Below, in pieces: positions 60,444-64,000 of a stretch of DNA of 64,000 nt (the stretch's first letter is position 1; every line of letters begins with the position of its first letter). A program made the position numbers and the translations under genes. Source of the DNA: Malacoraja senta (Eukaryota); contig CM075996.1 of the NCBI GenBank assembly GCA_038087875.1, positions 5,768,001 through 5,832,000 on the forward strand, written 5' to 3'. Under the pieces are notes generated by a model. It made no database searches. It saw only the letters and a list, made by a program, of their open reading frames with translations, and was not told the origin of the DNA.

Positions 60444-60732
60444 CCGACAAGGGGACTATCCTGTTGCCACTCCTCAAATCTGACAACTCAGAATAAGCTG
60501 CTGTGTGTCCCAACCTGCAGAATTTGGTTAAATAATTGTTGCATTTGACTATCTGTAGAGGGGGGGAGGAGGAGGCGGAGGAGGAGGAGGGGGGGGGGGT
60601 TATTAGTTGAAATTGGGATAACAGGAAACTAGTGTGAATGGGAAGTAGTCAGAGTGAACTTGTGGGCTGCTGTATGCTTAAATTAAACTAAATCCATTCA
60701 TCTTTTATACTAGGTAACCATTTGCAGAACTA

Positions 60733-60837
60733 ATGGAGCTTTGGTATCTTGTTGCTGGCGTCCTAGCGTCGGTAGTGGCAGTGCCCATCGACAGGTCAAA
60801 GAAGAAAGATGAGAAGCAGATCAAACCCGAGTCACCG
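60733..60837 (+). CDS. NUCB1: Nucleobindin-1, first coding exon (signal peptide)
   Basis: MELWYLVAGVLASVVAVPIDRSKKKDEKQIKPESP|GTGGGT. A hydrophobic signal peptide, the AVP(I/L) cleavage motif and an exon ending in ESP match NUCB1 (..AVPLER..TESP|DTGLYY). The gene continues beyond the window. Confidence 0.8.
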
Positions 60838-63329
60838 GTGGGTGTGTAATCGCGTGTTGCTGTGTGCTTCTTCACTGACTGTCAGTGGGAATCTTGGCTC
60901 TAAATGTTTTCCTATTCAGCAAGCTAACATAATGCCGATCAGCTTAGTTGGAGATGTTTCTGTATTTGGAATAATGCAGAAGGAGGTTATTTGACTCTTT
61001 GGGTCCATGCTGTCTTATTAACCCTTTCCTCGTTCCTTGTACCGCCACCAACTTATTTTCTTGCATATGTCCCCATAAGTTCTCCTTTGATTCATTTTGC
61101 CACTAACTTACACTAAGGGGTAATTTACAATAAACAGTTGGCGTACCAGCAGGTCTGTGGGATATGGGGGAAGGCGGGACACCCACAAGAAACTAGGAAC
61201 TGCTGGTGCTGGTTAACAAAAAAAAAAGCACAAAGTGCTGTAGTAAGTCAGCAGATCAGGCAGCATCTTAGGAGCATATGGATATGTGACGTTTTGGGTC
61301 ACCCATCCACGTTCTCCAGAGATGCACTATGGCCTGCTGTGTTACTCCAGCTCTTTGTGTCTTTTCCTGGAAAAAGCTATCGTGATCACAGAAACATTCA
61401 AACTTCACGAAACATTCAAACTTCACATAGATGGTTCCCAAGATCAGATTCAAACCCGGGCTTTGAGCAGTTAGGCAGTCTACCATCTGCTGTGCCATTC
61501 TGTCAATAGGCAGTATGCACCAACTTCATCTCCTGCATTCAGTTTTCTCAATGTGGCCATCTTTACATTAGCAAGACTAAGCGTAGATGAGGAATGGTTT
61601 CATCCAATTCTAACGCTCGGTCTGACAAAGCCTGCTGGATCACCCAGTTGCTAACCATTTTAACTCCCCTATCTATTCTTACACTGACCTATCTGTCCAT
61701 TGCCAGAGCAAGGCCACACATAAACTGGAGGAACAGCACCTCGTTTTCTGCCTGGGTAGCTAACAACCTAACAGTTTGAACATTGAATTCTACAATTTAA
61801 GGGAACCAACCCAATCAGTGTGAATAAATGTCCTGACCCGAAACATTGCCTATCCACGTTTTCCAGACCCGCTGAGTTTTACTGCAACACTATGCTTTTG
61901 TAAACCAGCAACTGCAGTTCTTTGTATCCATGAGTTCCTCCAGCAGTTTGATTTATGCACCAGGTAACAGCATCTGCTGTTATTGTATCCTTAGTTCTTA
62001 TACTTTGACCTATTTCTGTGCTGTGATTAATTATTTAATCAATTTTATCTCCGCTGTACTAGTTATTTTCGGGTGCAAACCTGTGAACTCCAGTCCTCTG
62101 CCCTTTTCCCCATTGTTGTGCTTTTTATGTGTTTGGTTGTGATCGAATTCGCTTCTAAAAACCATGATTGAATCTATCCCAGTTTCCATCGGCCAGTGCA
62201 TTCCAGATGCGAACTGCTGCTCGCATAAAGTTATTTTTATTTTACGAATTATCTTTAAATCAGCAAAGAATTACTGTGAGAGTGAAGGCAAGGCTGGTGA
62301 AGATATTAAAATGGAAAATGACAGACTGTGACGGGAAGGGACAGAAAGTACAAATCAAAGGGTAGATCAGTTGATAAAACTCGCAGTTTAAATAAACATG
62401 ACAAAGATAAGGGTTCTGTTTCTGAGGAGATGTAACCTTTGAAACAAAACAGATGAACTCCGAGTGCAATTAAAAATAAATATGATCTCATAAAGCCTAA
62501 TACAGAGAAGTGGTTGCATAATGTACATTAGGATCTAGAACATTGACATATAAGGATAAGAAACGAGGATAAGATAGAGAAATGCGTCATAACAACTCAT
62601 GATGGTCATAGTGCAATAGAGAGCAATGATGTAAGTTCAGGACAGCAGCTGTAGAAGTAATTTGTCCCTGTTTTGCCATATTGTTGTTTAACATTAATAA
62701 TTTCTGAAGCCAACTTTCTAAAGGACTAGAATTAAAGATGTATAAAATTTCATATTTCGGACCACCTTTATTTCCTGCTTGAAGTTTTACTTTTTTTTCG
62801 TCTTTTATTGTTTTCTGCCGTTTTTTATTCTCTTCTCTTCTGACCGGTCACCTGCCTTTTCACAAATGTTTTAGCATTTTCAGATAACAAGTGGTTGGTA
62901 CTTCCCTTGACATTTTACGTTGGCAAATGAACATATAGGTATTTCGCACCAGTCTTCACGATAGAGAAGTTTGGGTAAAAACTTCTCCCAAAGTTTGAAG
63001 AAGGGTCTGAAGAAGGGTTTCGGCCCGAAACGTTGCCTATTTCCTTCGCTCCATCGATGCTGCTGCACCCGCTGAGTTTCTCCAGCATTTTTGTGTACCT
63101 TCACGATAGAGAATGTGGGTAACATCCTAAAAATAGCTGTCATGAAGAATTGGAAGGGAAAGAGGAACGCTGAACAAATACTGTCATTAAGCAAGTGATT
63201 GTGAGTCGAGTTGTGGGCAGACAAGTCTCTGGGTCCAGATGAACTTCATCTTATGAATTCTTTTTTTTTTAAAGCTGGTTTTCCTAGATTCAGGGAAGAT
63301 TCTATTAAATTGGAAAATAGCAAACGGAA

Positions 63330-64000
63330 CTTCCCATCTCCAACCCTTTCTGCTTTCCGCAGAGACCGTTCCCTCCGTAACTCCCTGGTCAATTCAGCCC
63401 TTCCCACCCAAACCACCCCCTCCCCGGGTACTTTCCCTTGCAACCGCAGGAAATGCAACACTTGTTCCCCCTCCCACCTCGACTCCATTCAAGGACCCAA
63501 TCAGTCTTTCCAGGTGAGGCAGAGGTTCACCTGCACCTCCTCCAACCTCATCTACTGCATCCGCTGTTCTAGGTGTCAACCTCTCTACATCGGTGAGACC
63601 AAGGGCAGGCTCGGCGTCGCTTCGCTGAACACCTCCGCTCAGTCCCTGTTAACCAACCTGATCGCCCGGTTGCTCAACACTTCAACTCCCCCTCCCATTC
63701 CCAATCTGACCTTTCTGTCCTGGGCCTCCTCCATTGCCAGAGTGAGGCCCAGCGCAAATTGGAGGAACAGCATCTCGTATTTCGTTTGGGTAATTTGCAC
63801 CCCAGCGGTATGAACGCTGAATTCTCTAATTTTAGATAGCCCTTGCTTTCTCCCTCCTTCCCCTCCCCTTCCCAGTTCTCCCACAAGTCCTACTGTCTCC
63901 GCCTACTTCCTTTCTCTCTCTCCCCCCCCTCCCCCGACATCAGTCTGACCCAAAACGTCGCTTATCCCTTCTCTCGATAGATGCTGCCTCTCCCGCTGAG
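63330..64000 (+). mobile_element. Penelope-like element fragment (GIY-YIG domain + 3' end)
   Basis: AFRRDRSLRNSLV..PGTFPCNRRKCNTC..FTCTSSNLIYCIRCSRCQPLYIGETKGRL. Confidence 0.88.

Overview
Eukaryotic (vertebrate) genomic DNA, most likely from an elasmobranch (skate/ray), inferred from HE1-type V-SINEs, CR1/HER1-like LINE tails and Penelope-like relics. There are four genes. (1) The 3' part of a giant single-exon sacsin-like gene (+, 1-6153). (2) A compact 4-exon GARIN/FAM71 (DUF3699) family gene (+, about 12618-18304). (3) A 14-coding-exon tubby-family gene (-, 22581-55680), assigned to TULP2 because it lies head-to-head with (4); it carries a 1-bp frameshift in the exon encoding RKRKKSK. (4) The 5' end of nucleobindin-1 (NUCB1, +, signal-peptide exon 60733-60837). 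Introns and intergenic DNA are dense with nested transposon debris. The most interesting signal is a ~140-bp retroposon present twice (26234-26375 and 40435-40573, each with its own TSD). Its first 54 nt fold into a minimal, P4-less HDV/CPEB3-like self-cleaving ribozyme, and its 3' end resembles an Ingi/Vingi tail. Penelope-derived repeats additionally carry minimal hammerhead-like cores. All calls are by eye; no database search was run.
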